Positions 50,121 through 64,000 of a stretch of DNA of 64,000 nucleotides are shown here, in pieces. The stretch spans positions 38,130,001 through 38,194,000 of the forward strand of contig OX597815.1 of assembly GCA_951406725.2 (NCBI GenBank), given 5' to 3'. Made by a program: the position numbers and the translations under genes. Source of the stretch: Octopus vulgaris. Lineage: Eukaryota. The notes beneath the pieces were generated by a model. The model was not told where the DNA came from, made no database searches, and worked only from the letters and a program-made list of their open reading frames with translations. Each line of letters opens with the position of its first letter. The stretch's first letter is position 1.

Positions 50121-52089
50121 TAATAATAGTAATGATAATACATGCAAGGCTGAAGGATAACTGCGTAAGGCCCTGTAAATTGTATTGATTATTACTACCA
50201 ATAATTGATGTATTACAACTGTTAGCAATATTTCGCAATCTCGTATCTTGTGTAAACAAATTATCGAAGCAGGGCGATCTCATATCATGTGTAAAAACTA
50301 TCAAAGCACGATCCCCTCCTAGCCACCTAACCATATGACACATAATTGAAACAAAAAATACAACCATCACTTATCTCTAGGTTAATAATAGGAAGCGAAT
50401 ACATTGAATATTATGCGTAAAATGTACAAAGCCTCGACAAAATTAGGTACACATAAACAAATAACCAGAGAAAATGATAACTTTACTCATCAAGTCGCGC
50501 AAATAAAACTGAATATACTTGGATGGTATACGTTTCTGTTCTTCATGTATATTCTACAGTAAATTTGTGGGATGGGTCAAGCAAGGAATACAAAAACAGG
50601 AAGGAGAGAGACTTGGTGTGATAAGTGCAACTTTTAAAGTTTGTGATAAAAGAAAAAGAAACAAAGAATTACATAGAATAATAAAAAAAAATTGTAACAA
50701 AACAAATAAGTAAAACTGCCAGTTGGGATTTTTCTCTGCGTGATCAGTCCTTTCGCCAATCCCAACAAGTAACGAATGTAGGACTGCTTTTTGGTCATGT
50801 AAGCTCATGAGGACTTATCTATCTATGGTGGCTCCATGCGACCGCATATCATCAAGGATAATGTTGGTGCTAACAATCTTTCCCATTGCACCACAAGAAT
50901 GACCACAAACGTCGACATATTTTCCAATGTCTTTGATGGTGAGTCATTTGTTTATCCACTTGGCTAGAGGTTTATGAGTGTTTCCTGTGGTCCCCAAGTT
51001 CAATGGTCTGTAAAACAGATCATTTTTTTTCCTTGAGGATCAGAGTTTCCCCATGAACATCATATCTCTTCTCTACCACCAGAGCAAATACTACCATAGA
51101 AGTTTTTCTTGAAATAATTTCTTGACTGGTAAAGATATGCTAGCAGATGCTCGTTCAAAGAGAACGAAAAAACGTGTCTGGGAAAGTCATCTATAGCATA
51201 CCTTTTATGTATCTTTGTGGATGCTGCAAGCTTAGTACATGTCTGCGCATCTGTAGCCTCAACATACCTGCCCTGAAAGGAATTAGCAGCAGATACATTC
51301 TTTTCTTAGTATCTATTTTACAGTCAAACGAGCCTTCATGCGTCTAATATCTTGGCCATAGACACTACCCAATACTAACCAGTCGACGAAGTGATCTGAT
51401 CACCTACTGCTTGTTTTCTGTTAACAACTCAGTTTCATTATCTACGTTAGTTTGTTGAAACTTTAGAAATAAATAGCAAAATTGATGATGGCGTCAGGAA
51501 ATCTGTAACTTACTGAGACACCACACAAGGTAATATAAAATTATTTTCCGATTCATTATAGAATGCACCGAATTCTCTTTTTTCGTGGAATATGATAAAA
51601 TGATGTTATACTCTGCGTAAAAAGTATGAATATACTAAATGAAAATACCAAACTAAATGTCTTCAACGTCATTGTATGATCCAAACAACAATAACAAGAG
51701 TAAATAATATGGAATTTATGGACATTTCATTCCCTCCAGGCCAAAACATTCTATCAAGTAGATTGACATATAAGGCAACAAGAACACTGGGAGTTAAATA
51801 AAATTCTGGTGAAGAGAAGAAACTTCCATATATTCAATTACGATTCCTCGTATTGGAATTGAAAAATCGAAACCTAGACCAAAATATACACAAAATAACA
51901 CGATTCTCTTGAGCTACGCACACTACACAATAGGATGATTGCATCCATTGCCATTACACGAAATAATGCTGCAGGGTAAATTAGCCTACAAACTAAGATA
52001 CAACTCATATAATATTGATTTTGTTTTGCCTAAACAATACAGTAATTTTGTGCAGGTGAGATGAAGTCAATATATTCAATTTCTGCGAA

Positions 52090-52215
52090 GGTACATGATC
52101 TAAAGTTTCGGGTGATCGGTTCATGATTATTAAGTCGTGATTTCAGTTCCTGGATCACAAGCTACACTTCATTTCACATTGCTCCAGTTTACTCAGGTGT
52201 AATAATTACCAACCG
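52090..52215 (+). mobile_element. Decayed fragment of SINE family D
   Basis: ACACTTCATTTCACATTGCTCCAGTTTACTCAG matches the core of 8877-9165. Confidence 0.55.
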
Positions 52216-52956
52216 AGTACTGATGCATCTCTCTTTCCTTCCCACTGTCTCTTCAGTTGCCGCATTTTGCTGGTGGAAGTAGGAAAGGGTCTATCCCTGT
52301 TCGCGACTTCCGATGTACCAAAAACCAAATAGTAAGACAATAGTACATGTAACTCGACCATACTCACTCACAAGTGATAATTGATTGTACTATGCGTACC
52401 AATTAATTCTAGTACTTTACAAGGGGGACACATTTAATTTGCGCCAGCATGGTAAAACTTGTCGAGATATCTTAAGATTGAGAAACACCCAACACCAGAT
52501 ACCATCAAACATTCAGCTAGAAATTAGATATTCTTGAATCGGAAAACGGATATTGGTAGTGTTCTAATTTCCTCCAAAATTAGCGAAACGTAAAGAAAAC
52601 AAGAACCGGATGGCATTCATTGCTCTGTGAGAACTTACTTCGTCAACTTTGTATCTAATCTTCTTTATACAATACAGACGGCTTTGTTGTTGCTTCTCAT
52701 TAAAGTTAATCGTGATGAAGCATCTATAATCAAAGGCATTCGTACCATAACCTTCCGTCACTCTCTTTAGGAGTAATAAAGATTACATTTTCTGACGTCT
52801 TTCTCTTTCTAAAGAGGTGTGCTTTAAGCGAGAGTTGGGTGTTATGTCTTGCAGGTTATGCAATTAGGCAACGGCTTGAACACTTCATCAGCTCGCACAA
52901 TATAGGTTTCTTATTTAGATTAGACCTGAATTCTCCGACAAGAGATTGTCAATGTA

Positions 52957-54162
52957 TTGGGTTGGCAACTAAATTACCGCCGTTTTCTTTTAAATTTTGG
53001 AATTTATTGAGTTTTAAATTTTGGAATCTATTTTTTTCGAGAATTCTATTTTTGAATCATTTTGGAATCTTTTTTTTTTCTTGTTAATTTTAGTTAATTT
53101 TTGTTTATTTTGAGATCATTAAAATGGAATGTCAAGTTAGGAAAAACGAGTATTTTCTACACCTCTTTTTGTTTTTAATCAAGTTTCTAAGGCCGCAAAA
53201 GCTGCTCGCGACATTTGTCCTGTGTATGGAGAGGGTGCCATAGGTGAAAGAACCGCTGTTGAGTTCGATGAAGAGCGATTAAAGCAACTTTTGCACGAAA
53301 ATTCTCGTCAAACGACAAGGGAACTGGCAGGGAAAATGGAATGCTCCCACACTGCTATAAAGAAGCATCTTCACTCTATGGGAAAGGTTCAAACGTATTG
53401 AGTATGGGTTCCGCATGCTTTAAGTAACAACCACAAATATCAACGAGACACACTCTCCGCTGGTTTACTTGCTCGTCACCGCTCAACTCATGGACACAAG
53501 CAACGATTTCTTTACCGAATCGTTACTGGCGACGAAAAATGGTGCCTGTACATCAATATGAAGCAGTGTAAGGAATGGCTTAGCCCCGGTAAACAAGCGA
53601 CACCGCACGTGAAACAAGATCTTCATCCGCGTAAAATGATGTTGTGCATATGGTGGGACTGGGAAGGGTTTATCCATTACGAATTGCTTGAACGGAACCA
53701 AACGGTCAGCGCGGAACTCTATGTTCAACAGATGGAACGACTCAACACGGCTATTCAAGAGAAAAGACCTAATCGGCAGCATGGACTTCTGATGCACAAC
53801 AACGCCCGCCCTCATATCGCCAATACGACCAAGGAAGCCATTCAAGCGCATGGCTGGGAAGTGCTGCCACACCCGCTGTACTTTCCTGATTTGGCACCAA
53901 TGCATTTCCACCTCTCTCGATCACTTTCAAATGCTATTCGTGGAGATTCTTTCAATATTGATGCAGAATTGGTTGGGTCAATTTTTCGAGTTGAAATCGG
54001 GTGATTTCTACCAACGAGGTATTGCAAATTTTGTTGAACGTTGGGAAGAAGTTGAAAACAACAAGTTGAATACATTATTGATTAATTATTTGTTATTTTC
54101 TATTACACCTTTTAAAACCTTTAAATTTAAATAAAACGGCGGGAACTTAGTTACCAACCCAA
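52957..54162 (+). mobile_element. Near full-length defective mariner transposon with TIRs and TA duplication
   Basis: TIR TTGGGTTGG(C/T)AACTAA.TT.CCGCCGTTTT at both ends, flanked by TA. The transposase from ATG ~53124 has WVPHAL, TGDEKW, HNNARPH and YFPDLAP, with stops and frameshifts. Confidence 0.93.
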
Positions 54163-56108
54163 TATTTTTCGTGAAAAAAACCTTCTAAAATGATTTATGA
54201 ATTGACCATTCGGAAGCCTGGAAACCTGAAACCCAGCAACTTATTCATTCGGAATAGAAAGTCTCATATTTGTATGATTTTATCAAGAGGTAAGAGGGTT
54301 GGGCCCGCGATTTTTATCACGGCTTCCGAACATGGTAGGGAGCAATAATATCTTATTTAGATATTAAAGTCATATAAGATGCAGCTTTATTTTTGAAATC
54401 CATATTCATCTTTTACGAACTTCAGCATCGTACAACATCAGAAAGATATTTATTTCACATTAATCAAATAAATATTCTATTGATTAATATTTGATGGTCG
54501 TCGTAAAAAGGAAGATGAAAAGAAAAATCTGTGTGGATTGGAAGAATAAAGTATGTTCGAAATATCGACAATTTCTTTCGAAACTCATATACAAACTCCC
54601 ATATAGCACTTAATACAGGATAGTTGTCTTTTCGACAAGCATTTTCCTATCATATGTTGTTTTATATTTTATGTTATCTAATGCTGTAAATGTCGAGGTC
54701 CAATCTGAATGAACAAATAAAAATCGTAGAATGGCTAAACTAGCCTGCTAGCAAACTAACATCTGACAATCACGTTCAGAAACATTCAAAATCCAAAATA
54801 CAATACTAACTTGACAGCTAAGCAAACTTCATCCAGATGTATCAGACGTAAAAGCGCAGAATTTTTGATCGCGATATGGATCTTGAAGAATTATTATTAT
54901 TCGAAGATTAAACAATAAAAGTGTAAGGAAATATCAAAATGCACACAAATAAATATTCAATAAAGTATGTGAAACTTGATCGGATTTGAATTTTCAATAG
55001 AGCATGTTTACAAAAGCCGTTACCAAATAAATACACAAACAGGTACACACAGTCAAAGACACATACAGCATACGGTATTTTATGACTAGTTTGAAGGACG
55101 TCAGAACGTCATATGATACTCAGATCAGCAAATTTATCAATCAGGGGAACATTTTGAACGTCTTGAATGATCTTAGTTTATTTACAATTATACGATAATT
55201 TACATATTACTCATACTTTGTAATATAAATCCAATAAATTGGATTCACAAAAAACAACCAAACACCGACACACATATAGATGTGTATATACATACATACA
55301 TACAGGCATACATACATACATACATACACATATACATACATACAGGCATACATACATACATACATACATACATACATACATACATACATACATACACACA
55401 TACATACATACACGTATACATATACGTATGCTTATATATATATGTATTTATGCATGTGTGTGTTTATGTTTATGTGTGTGTATGTGCGAGTGTGCATGTA
55501 TGTATGTATGTCATTTTTTGCCAATACGGATTTTTACCTCAGGATTTCTTGCCAATAGAGAAAGAACCGGTTTCTAACCTGGATCGAAGTTTCCTTTATG
55601 TATTTATTAATGTATGTATGTATGTATGTATGTATGTATGTATGTATGTATGTATGTATGTATGTATGTATGTATGTATGTACGTATGTATGCATGTCTG
55701 TCTGTCTGTCTGTCTGTCTGTATGTATGTATGTATGTATGTATGTATGTATTTATGCATGCCCTGGGAATGACTTTTAACTCCATTCGCTGGTGGGGCAC
55801 TGGTTCAGAAATTCCATACTTTTGAGGAGTGTTGCACTACATCTTATCCACTATTGATCCCAGATCTCTGATCGACAATAGTATCATCGGTTAGGATCCC
55901 GGCTATGGGTTAATTACCATATATGATGACATTGGTTAATGACAGAGCAAATAATAAATCTACTGGAGATGAGGGACCGCTATATTTTGCCACATCTTTC
56001 TTGTTGAGGGACTCTCAGATGTAAATCTTGAGGTCTTACGTCATTACTGGTCATCTCGATTTGGCCTACCACATGACACAAATCACGGGAACTCATGTAG
56101 TACAAGCG

Positions 56109-56140
<32 letters not shown>

Positions 56141-56164
56141 TGTATGTATGTATGCATGCATGCA

Positions 56165-56421
56165 TACTCTTACTCTCTTTTACTCTTTTAATCCTTTCAG
56201 TCATTTAAGTGCAGCCATGCTGGAGCACCACCTTTAGTCGAGCAAATGGACCCCAGGACTTATTCTTTGTAAGCCTAGTACTTATTCTATCGGTCGCTTT
56301 TGCCGAACCGCTAAGTTACGGGGTACGTAAACACACCAGCATCGGTTGTCAAGCGATGTTAGGGGGACAAACACAGACACACAAACACACACACACATAC
56401 ACACATACACACACACACATT

Positions 56422-56455
<34 letters not shown>

Positions 56456-56624
56456 CATATTTACGATGGGCTTCATTCAGTTTCCGTCCACCAAATCCAC
56501 TCACAAGGCTTTGGTCGGGCCGAGGCTATAGTAGAAGACACTTGCCCAAGGTGCTACGCAGTGGGAATGAATCCGGAATCATGTGGTTGGCAAGCAAGCT
56601 ACTTACCACACAGCCACTCCTACG

Positions 56625-56627
<3 letters not shown>
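56165..56627 (-). mobile_element. Full-length SINE family A
   Basis: Colinear with the other family A copies. Confidence 0.9.
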
Positions 56628-56668
<41 letters not shown>

Positions 56669-56982
56669 GCAATTGCGTACTTGTATCTCTATATGATGAG
56701 CTTATTCGTCATTCACTCTACCGGAAGTCGTATGACGAAAATAAGAATTTGACGTGTGCAAACCTATCCAGTAGGTAGCGCACAGTAAGTAAAGAATTTT
56801 ACCTGTCACCCATACTACAAATAATTTCAGTTGTGTAACGGAATAGAATCATGATCTGAGCAGTAATCGATGGAAAGTCCGAAATGTCAAGGAGTAAGTA
56901 CAAGGAGACGGTAATCATCTGTGAAGATGGAGCAATCACCATCTAAGTATGTTTTTATGTGAAGTTACAGCTAGGAACAATA

Positions 56983-57217
56983 TATATTTCTTTACTACCC
57001 ACAAGGGGCTAAACACAGAGAGGACAAACAAGGACAGACAAACGGATCAAGTCGATTACATCGACCCCCGTGCGCAACTGGTACTTAATTTATCGACCCC
57101 GAAAGGATGAAAGGCAAAGTCGACCTCGGCGGAATTTGAACTCAGAACGTAACGGCAGACGAAATACGGCCACGCATTTCGCCCGGCGTGCTAACGTTTC
57201 TGCCAGCTCGCCGCCTT
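56983..57217 (-). mobile_element. Young SINE family B with an apparent target-site duplication
   Basis: Near-identical to 5745-5972; AACAATATA on both flanks (~56976 and ~57220). Confidence 0.9.
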
Positions 57218-60200
57218 AAAACAATATAACAATATAACTTTAAGGAACAATATAACTTTAAGCTGAAGTACTTTTCTGCACGGTTTATAATTGTATATTT
57301 TTGAAAGGAAAATGTTGACAGTAATTTCGAAGTTTTAGTTTAGCAGCACTCACCAGACTATCTTTGAATACTGGCTCTTCGGAACTTCGCAGTCATAGGT
57401 AACTTTTCCTTGTACACACACATATAGTTATTCACATTTGATATCTAATATTAAAAACATTGCAGGAGATGATGTTGGGGAGTTGTTGGGAAGTTGCAAT
57501 ATCCATTTGTTTCCGGGGTGTGACAATTATTTTAGGAGTGGGCTGAAACCGGCTCCCCAAAATTGATTACCATCAATTTAACCTGAATTTTTATGATTCT
57601 GCCTTATAACAAACCTACGTACACACGGTACACGCACACTCTTCCCGATCGAAAGGGAGCTAGAGTATACATTGTTTTTTCTCTCATGCATTCAATTGTG
57701 TTAATGAGTATTAGCATTTATGAATTTGCTTACACATAGTGGTTACTTCGTATACATTTTCTCTTCCTTTTCCCGCAAATATCAGGATAGAAACGGATTA
57801 CATACAGAAAAATAATTCCTATTTGCGTACAAACTAATCGATAGAGCAATATTTGAAACGTTTCCTTTATGAGCACCTAGTGTACTTAAGCATTAATGCT
57901 GTATCCCACAAAGACATATCAATATGATCTACGTAAAATCACGCTACAATAGAAAACTAATAAATTTATCGATCTACTGGACCCGAGAAAAAAAAATGTT
58001 GTAGTAGTTTGTTTTTTTCTCGTCTACATAACTTAATCTGAGCTGTGTATAAACCATGTAAACTATATAACGATAACAATGAGAAAATATAAAATTTGTG
58101 TATAACAGGAAGAAATTAAAAGATGTAGGAATGTAAATTTTATGTAAAGTATAATAATATTACACATACACTTCCATGCATACTCACACAAGCATACATA
58201 TAAACATTAGACTTACCTGAATTTTCCAATATACACCGTTGGTACATACAATATTAATTATTTAATCATGCCAGCTAGCAAAGCACAATATGCAAATTAG
58301 TCTAGTCATTTCAGCTAGGTTCAGTATTGTGATTGATTTAAGTAACAACTACCCTAACAATAAATATTACAAAGTCTAGCTATGACATTAAGAACAATGC
58401 AAAATACATTCGTTCTACGCTCTTCTTGTGCAGAAAAATAAGAGGGAACTCTTTTGACTGCCTATGAGATATGTTCTGTATTAACCATTATTTGTCTACG
58501 AAAATAAGCAGACTAGGCTTGATATTTGTAGTATGCTACATAATAAGGGCGGCATATTTTTGCAAAAATTAAAAAAGATTCCTGTAAAACATACTATAAG
58601 TTTTAGTTATGTCTGTCATACTCTTCTATCTTTACAATGTTATTACTAACCACACACGTTCAACTAATTCAAATATACCCTCCATTTGATCAGCTTATGA
58701 TTCTCAACCAGACAGAAGTGTGACTCACTTGTACTGCGCTACATTCATTCATACCATCCACACCAATATATCTCAACCCATACCCACACCATTATACTAT
58801 AACTACATGCTCATGAATACTCTTTACTTTGTCTGGCCGTGTTATCAATACAGTAATGGTTCTAGGTTTATGAATGAAAGAGGTGCGTACAACATTCACA
58901 CCCAATCTACTTGACAGATGCACATGTCACCCCTTCTCTCTTTACTTCATTATTTCTACCTGTTCGAAACTCCTATTCTAACCACTTTTCCCCAAAAAAC
59001 CCCTCTCTAGAATTCTTTCTGTGTTTATCTTTTTCGTATCGCTATAATTCTGCTGAAATTGAAGTTGAACATTATCTGGCTTAATACATATTCATAGGCA
59101 CTGTTCTTCACCCTTTAACAAATTCATGAAACAAAATTTTTATTGTAAAATTGACGATCACCGAGGTGGTTTTTACAGCAAAAGAGCTAAATGTTTTTAT
59201 CGTTTGACTGTTCTTGCAGCTCGAGAGATCAATTTCGTGTCAAGGGAGCTTCAACTATAAAATCTTCTCATAAACAGTGAGAGTCCTCTTCGTTCTCAAT
59301 ACAACCTTTCATTCCTTCTGGAATCTCTGAAATAGGGCTTTGATAGAGACGTTGATTTAATCACACTATACCCCAAACGGTTTGGCATAATGTCTTTGTT
59401 AGAAATGAACATTTCAAAGTTAGATATCGATTCCTAACAGAGGCACAACGTCCTAAATCTTGGGTATGATTATAGTCGGTTGTACAACATCTACATTTTT
59501 ACAGGTAAGTTATTTTATCGATTCTGGAATTTAAAGCATATTTGACATCAACGGATTTTGAACTCTGCTTTCAATACCACTCTGCTTTCACTTTGCTTAT
59601 CACTTTAACAGTTCTGACGTTCCTCCTTTCTCTTCTAATTATTATATACAATAATAACTCAGACAGAGTTTTGGAAATGTTACGGTATTTTTACAATACA
59701 CCATACCACAATATTCTCTAAAGCATAGAAACATTGGAATTTAGATTTATATCGTGTAAAATTGGCTTATTGCATTGAAATTCAAAACACTGCTCATGGC
59801 ACACATATAACATGTTTCTCTCTAACAATGGTTGATGGTAAATGTAATAGGTAATGACTATAGCCAACATACACTGGAGTACATTGAAGAATTCTAGAAG
59901 AAAATGTAAGCTGCAACAGAATCACAGATGATTTCTAAGAATTCCAAGGTATCAATGGAAGCTACTAGAGCCGTTAATATTAATACTTGCTAACTCTTCT
60001 CTCACTGGCACGCTGATGTATACATATGTATACATCTTTTCTTATATACACACGTATAAAGGCTTAAAAACTTGTATACGTAAACAAAACACATACATTT
60101 GCATGTATAAATGTATTTATATATTTGTATATACATGCGCACAGGTATATTTGGGTCAGTTCATATGTTGCTTACAGAAATATTCTTAACGTGCCAACTA

Positions 60201-60495
60201 CGAAATCACTCTGTCAGTTGGAAATAACAGCTAATTCTCCCTTAAAATGCTTTACATTTGATTAAAACAAAAGAAATGACACATTCCATTATGTAGTCAT
60301 AGATATATTAAGTTCGAATGAAACATCGGAGCCCTGTAGCTAAAAGGTATTCCTTCGAAATACTCCTAGATCTGTGCTACTCTTGCAATATGTTAGATGG
60401 AGAACACAATATATCCGTACACAAAAGCACATATGCACATTTATGCAAGTGCAGTCACAAATCTAGTTGTACAAAAGTTCACACACACACACACA

Positions 60496-60591
<96 letters not shown>

Positions 60592-60595
60592 CGTT

Positions 60596-60790
60596 GTGGC
60601 GCAATGGCCCAGTGGTTAGGGCAGCGGACTCGCTGTCGTAGGATCGCAGTTTCGATTTCCAGACCGGGAGTTGTGAGTGTTTATGGAGCGAAAGCACCTG
60701 AAGCTCCACGAGCATCCGGCAGGAGGTGATGGCAATCCCTGCTGTACTCTTTCGCCACAACTTTCCCTCACTCCTTCTTCTGAAGAACGA
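60596..60790 (+). mobile_element. SINE family C, 3'-truncated
   Basis: Aligns to 40864-41050. Confidence 0.85.
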
Positions 60791-60842
60791 AAATATAGTG
60801 TATGCGTTTATTTGGCAAAAGAAATGACCGTCTCGAAAAATG

Positions 60843-60880
<38 letters not shown>

Positions 60881-60881
<1 letters not shown>

Positions 60882-61341
60882 AAATGTAATCTTGATCTCC
60901 ACCTTAACTTGGAGGTTGTCTTAGAACACAAACGTTACGTTATTTGCCACGAGAGGATCTCTCATAAGGAGTCATGGAGCATAATAGTACAGTTAATTGT
61001 ATCGCTGACAGATGAGAATCGACTGCTACGACGGGAGGAACTGACATATCACGTGATTTCACCATGCTGTGTGTTCCTCGGAGACAGATTTCAAACAGCG
61101 CGATAACAGTCAAATTTCTTGTCGACAATATACCGAATCTTAGTGACTATTCAGGCACTGAGGTTGCACATAGCCAGTGGGATTTTAAAAAGGCAATTGT
61201 TAGATCTTACTTAAGGTGGAAGCTACGTTAGAATACAGAATCCTGCGTAATTTATGCTGAGAGGATTTCAAGGTAAATATTGTAGCATTCTGTGTTCTAA
61301 CACAACCTCTATGTTAAGTTGGAGACCAAGATTGCTTTTTA
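60881..61341 (+). repeat. Family H2 repeat: 1.2-mer tandem (period ~307 bp) plus an inverted terminal copy
   Basis: The unit start recurs at ~61188 and, inverted, at 61275-61341. CAGATGA motif at 61009; the internal sequence is homologous to 47470-47690. Confidence 0.65.
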
Positions 61342-61482
61342 GTATTTTTAGCTTCTGTCGCTGATAATTTTATGTGTGTGTCAGTATACATACATACAAA
61401 CATACATACACACACACAAACAGACACACAAACACACACACACACACACATACACACACACACACACACCTATATATATATT

Positions 61483-61519
<37 letters not shown>

Positions 61520-61899
61520 ATAATAAATTAATAAATAAATAAAACATGCATATATACATACATATATGTACGTACCTACCTCTACATGTATATATACATG
61601 CATATATGGGTACAGGACACCAAAAAACGTCGAACACAATGAGAAACGAAAACATAAGCACAAAACCAAGGAAATGGACATTTTTCTTAAACAACGAAAA
61701 AATAGAGTACAGGACATACAAAACAAGGAAAATTCCCCTTCTTCAGTCGCCTTTGTTTCATCTACTCCACGTTTCGAAGGTTAAGGCGATACATGACTTT
61801 AATGAAACAATCCTTCCCGCGAAAATCAAATTAAATAAAATTTGAGATTTTTTGCGGAGGGGTAAAAATGGTAACAAAAACAGGACAGTAACGACAGTA

Positions 61900-62046
61900 C
61901 AAAATATAAACAGTAAAAGACAGGACAAAGGGAGAATTCAGAAGAAAAAAAAACAGAAGACAAAGACAAGTGGTGTAGACAACAAACAGATGTAGTGAAA
62001 AAGTCTTTAACGATTCGTGCCAACGCTCTACCACAGAAAGCAACAC

Positions 62047-62081
<35 letters not shown>

Positions 62082-63300
62082 GGGAAAATAAAGAATGTGT
62101 AGTGGTTAGCGATCTATCATGGCGAAGGCCGGACATAAGGATCATACAGGAGAGCTAGGGAAAAGGGGAGATAATAAAGTAGTGGTGATCCCAAAACGCA
62201 GGTGCGCGTGCGTATGTATGAGAGAGTTTGTATGTGCGTGTGGAAGAGGGCTGGTGATCTTGACGTGTGCATGAGTGTATGTATAGGTGTGAAAATGTGG
62301 GTCTGGGAAATGGTCAGTGGTGATGTGTGCGTGGTGGTGTGTTGTGTAGTATGGTGGAGTGGTAGGTGAGGGAAAACGGAAAGCGGAAAACGGCGGAGCA
62401 AATGCACGGTCCACGGAACGTGCTCTGGTAAGGGCGGTGTGGATAGTGGTGAGGGGATATCCACGTAGAATGAAGTGGCGAGCCATGAGTTGAGATTGAC
62501 TCTCAAAGTCATGGTCTTCAATACAGAGCCTGTAGACGGAGGAATTAGGAATACGGGATGGAAAGCTTCGTGTGTTTACGGTGGGAGGATACGTAGTGGA
62601 GGTATGAGTGTGAGTCTGTGTGCTCGTAGTGGGTGGAGGTGGTGAGAGTGGAGTGATGAATGCTGATCGAAATGTCAAGAAAATAGACAGAGGTGTCAGA
62701 GATAGTGCAGGAGAAGCGGAGGGCAGGATGGAAAGATTTGACAAAAGAGAGGAAGGAGTCTAGATGTTCGCTTGAGGTCGCACCGATACAGTAGGCAATA
62801 TAACGGCTGTATAGTTCGGGAGTGGGACCAGTGAAACTTGAGAATATTTGGGCCTCAACGTAGGAAACGAACAGGTTCGTATAGTTGAGGCCCATTCTCG
62901 TTCCCATGGCTACTCTCAAATACTGCTGGTAGGAATCGCCTGCGAACGAGAAGCAATTGAGTGAGAGGACAAGTTCGACTAGACGAACGAGTGTGGATGT
63001 GTCAGATTGGGTGTTGGGTCGAAGGTCAAGGAAATGTTGGAGTGCACGCAGCTCCTTGTGGTGAGGGATCACCGTGTAAAGACTCTGGATGTCGAGGGTG
63101 AAGAGAAGTTTAGAGGGGCCAAGAGAGAAGGAGAAAGAGTTGAACAAAAGAAGTGTGTGGTTGGTGTCGTGGATGTGAGAGGAGAGGGAAGCCACTAGGA
63201 CACGGTGAAAATATCTGGAGATGAGTTCGGCGGGGCAGTTGCAGGCGGAGATGATGGGACGGCCAGGTTTGTCAGGTTTGTGGATTTTGGGGAGATATAT
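61900..63300 (-). mobile_element. Decayed Penelope-like element: RT core and thumb, plus downstream untranslated/pseudo-LTR region; no GIY-YIG seen
   Basis: YLPKIHKPDKPGRPIIS, LFTLDIQSLYTVIPH, YQQ..VAMGTRMG, RYIAY (the RYIDD motif, mutated), FLDISI, YLHY.SSH, and after a frameshift LMARHFILRGYP. Confidence 0.88.
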
Positions 63301-63736
63301 AAACATACACGTTTATCAGCTAAAACATGTCTCCGTTACGAGAAACTGTGGACTCAGATTGAATGTCGATGCGACATCTTATAGCTTTGCCAAGGCCTTA
63401 GCATGAAGTGGGTTTGGTTTAAAGAATTAAATAAACTGTACACAACGAGGTTAATAATTTAATAGCACCACCTAGCAAATAATTTTAGATTATATTTTGG
63501 GACACCATATTCCACTCGAGTAAAGACTTGCTGTGAATCGAAATATATCTAGGTATTAGTGGTTTACTTTGAATTTTCTGGATGAATTTGTCCGGAAACC
63601 GTTCAAGGGTTATGCTAACGTTTCTCTTTTGATTTCTTTTGGGATAGTGAAGCATAGAGTAAGATGGGTTGGGGCAAGAGAAGTGATGTCCTAATAATGT
63701 TAATTCGATTTTACTGATTTTATAAAATTTTTGCAG

Positions 63737-63746
63737 TGACGATGAC

Positions 63747-63800
<54 letters not shown>
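63737..63800 (+). repeat. (GAT)n microsatellite
   Basis: Read directly. Confidence 0.9.
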
Positions 63801-64000
63801 ATTACACTAGCATTTCATGAATAAGAATGACCGACATATACTTTACAGAATGTTGTGTATAAATAATCCCATTTTCTTGTTGTACGTCATAAACCGAAGT
63901 GTGGACAGCGTCCATCATATTTGCCACGCTCTGACAGGTGAAATCAGTCTTTTACTTAGGTTAGTCATTAGACTGCAGTTATGTTGGAACATCAACTTGA

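Noticed and set aside
50700-51450. Non-microsatellite stretch possibly from an old TE or exon
   Set aside because: No recognisable motif or sustained reading frame.
52826-52900. Minus-strand CTGATGA with GCGAG/CTCGC and GTGTT/AACAC pairings
   Set aside because: The GAAA/NUH half of the hammerhead core is missing; at most a deleted relic.

Overview
AT-rich, repeat-saturated eukaryotic non-coding DNA. The SINE families and dense (TA)n/(TG)n/(TACA)n/(ATT)n microsatellites resemble an octopus (cephalopod) genome; this is inferred from recalled repeat families, not from a search. No host protein-coding exon can be supported, and nearly all listed ORFs are microsatellite read-throughs. Recognisable content: (i) a young, 5'-truncated R4/Dong-type non-LTR retrotransposon (RT + CCHC + restriction-like endonuclease) inside a (TAA)n array, next to an older decayed relative, with a third relic at ~48.2-49.2 kb; (ii) a decayed Penelope-like RT; (iii) four mariner remnants and one DD34E Tc1 remnant; (iv) CR1-like LINE fragments; (v) about 25 copies of four tRNA-derived SINE families; (vi) a tRNA-like pseudogene. 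The most notable signal is a set of short dispersed repeats (~200-480 bp, several as 1.2-1.5-mer partial tandems) carrying type I hammerhead-ribozyme folds. Three have an intact catalytic core (6410-6480, 22731-22779, 26778-26848) and several are decayed or variant. They look like a non-autonomous retrozyme / Penelope pseudo-LTR system. All folds and alignments were read by eye.
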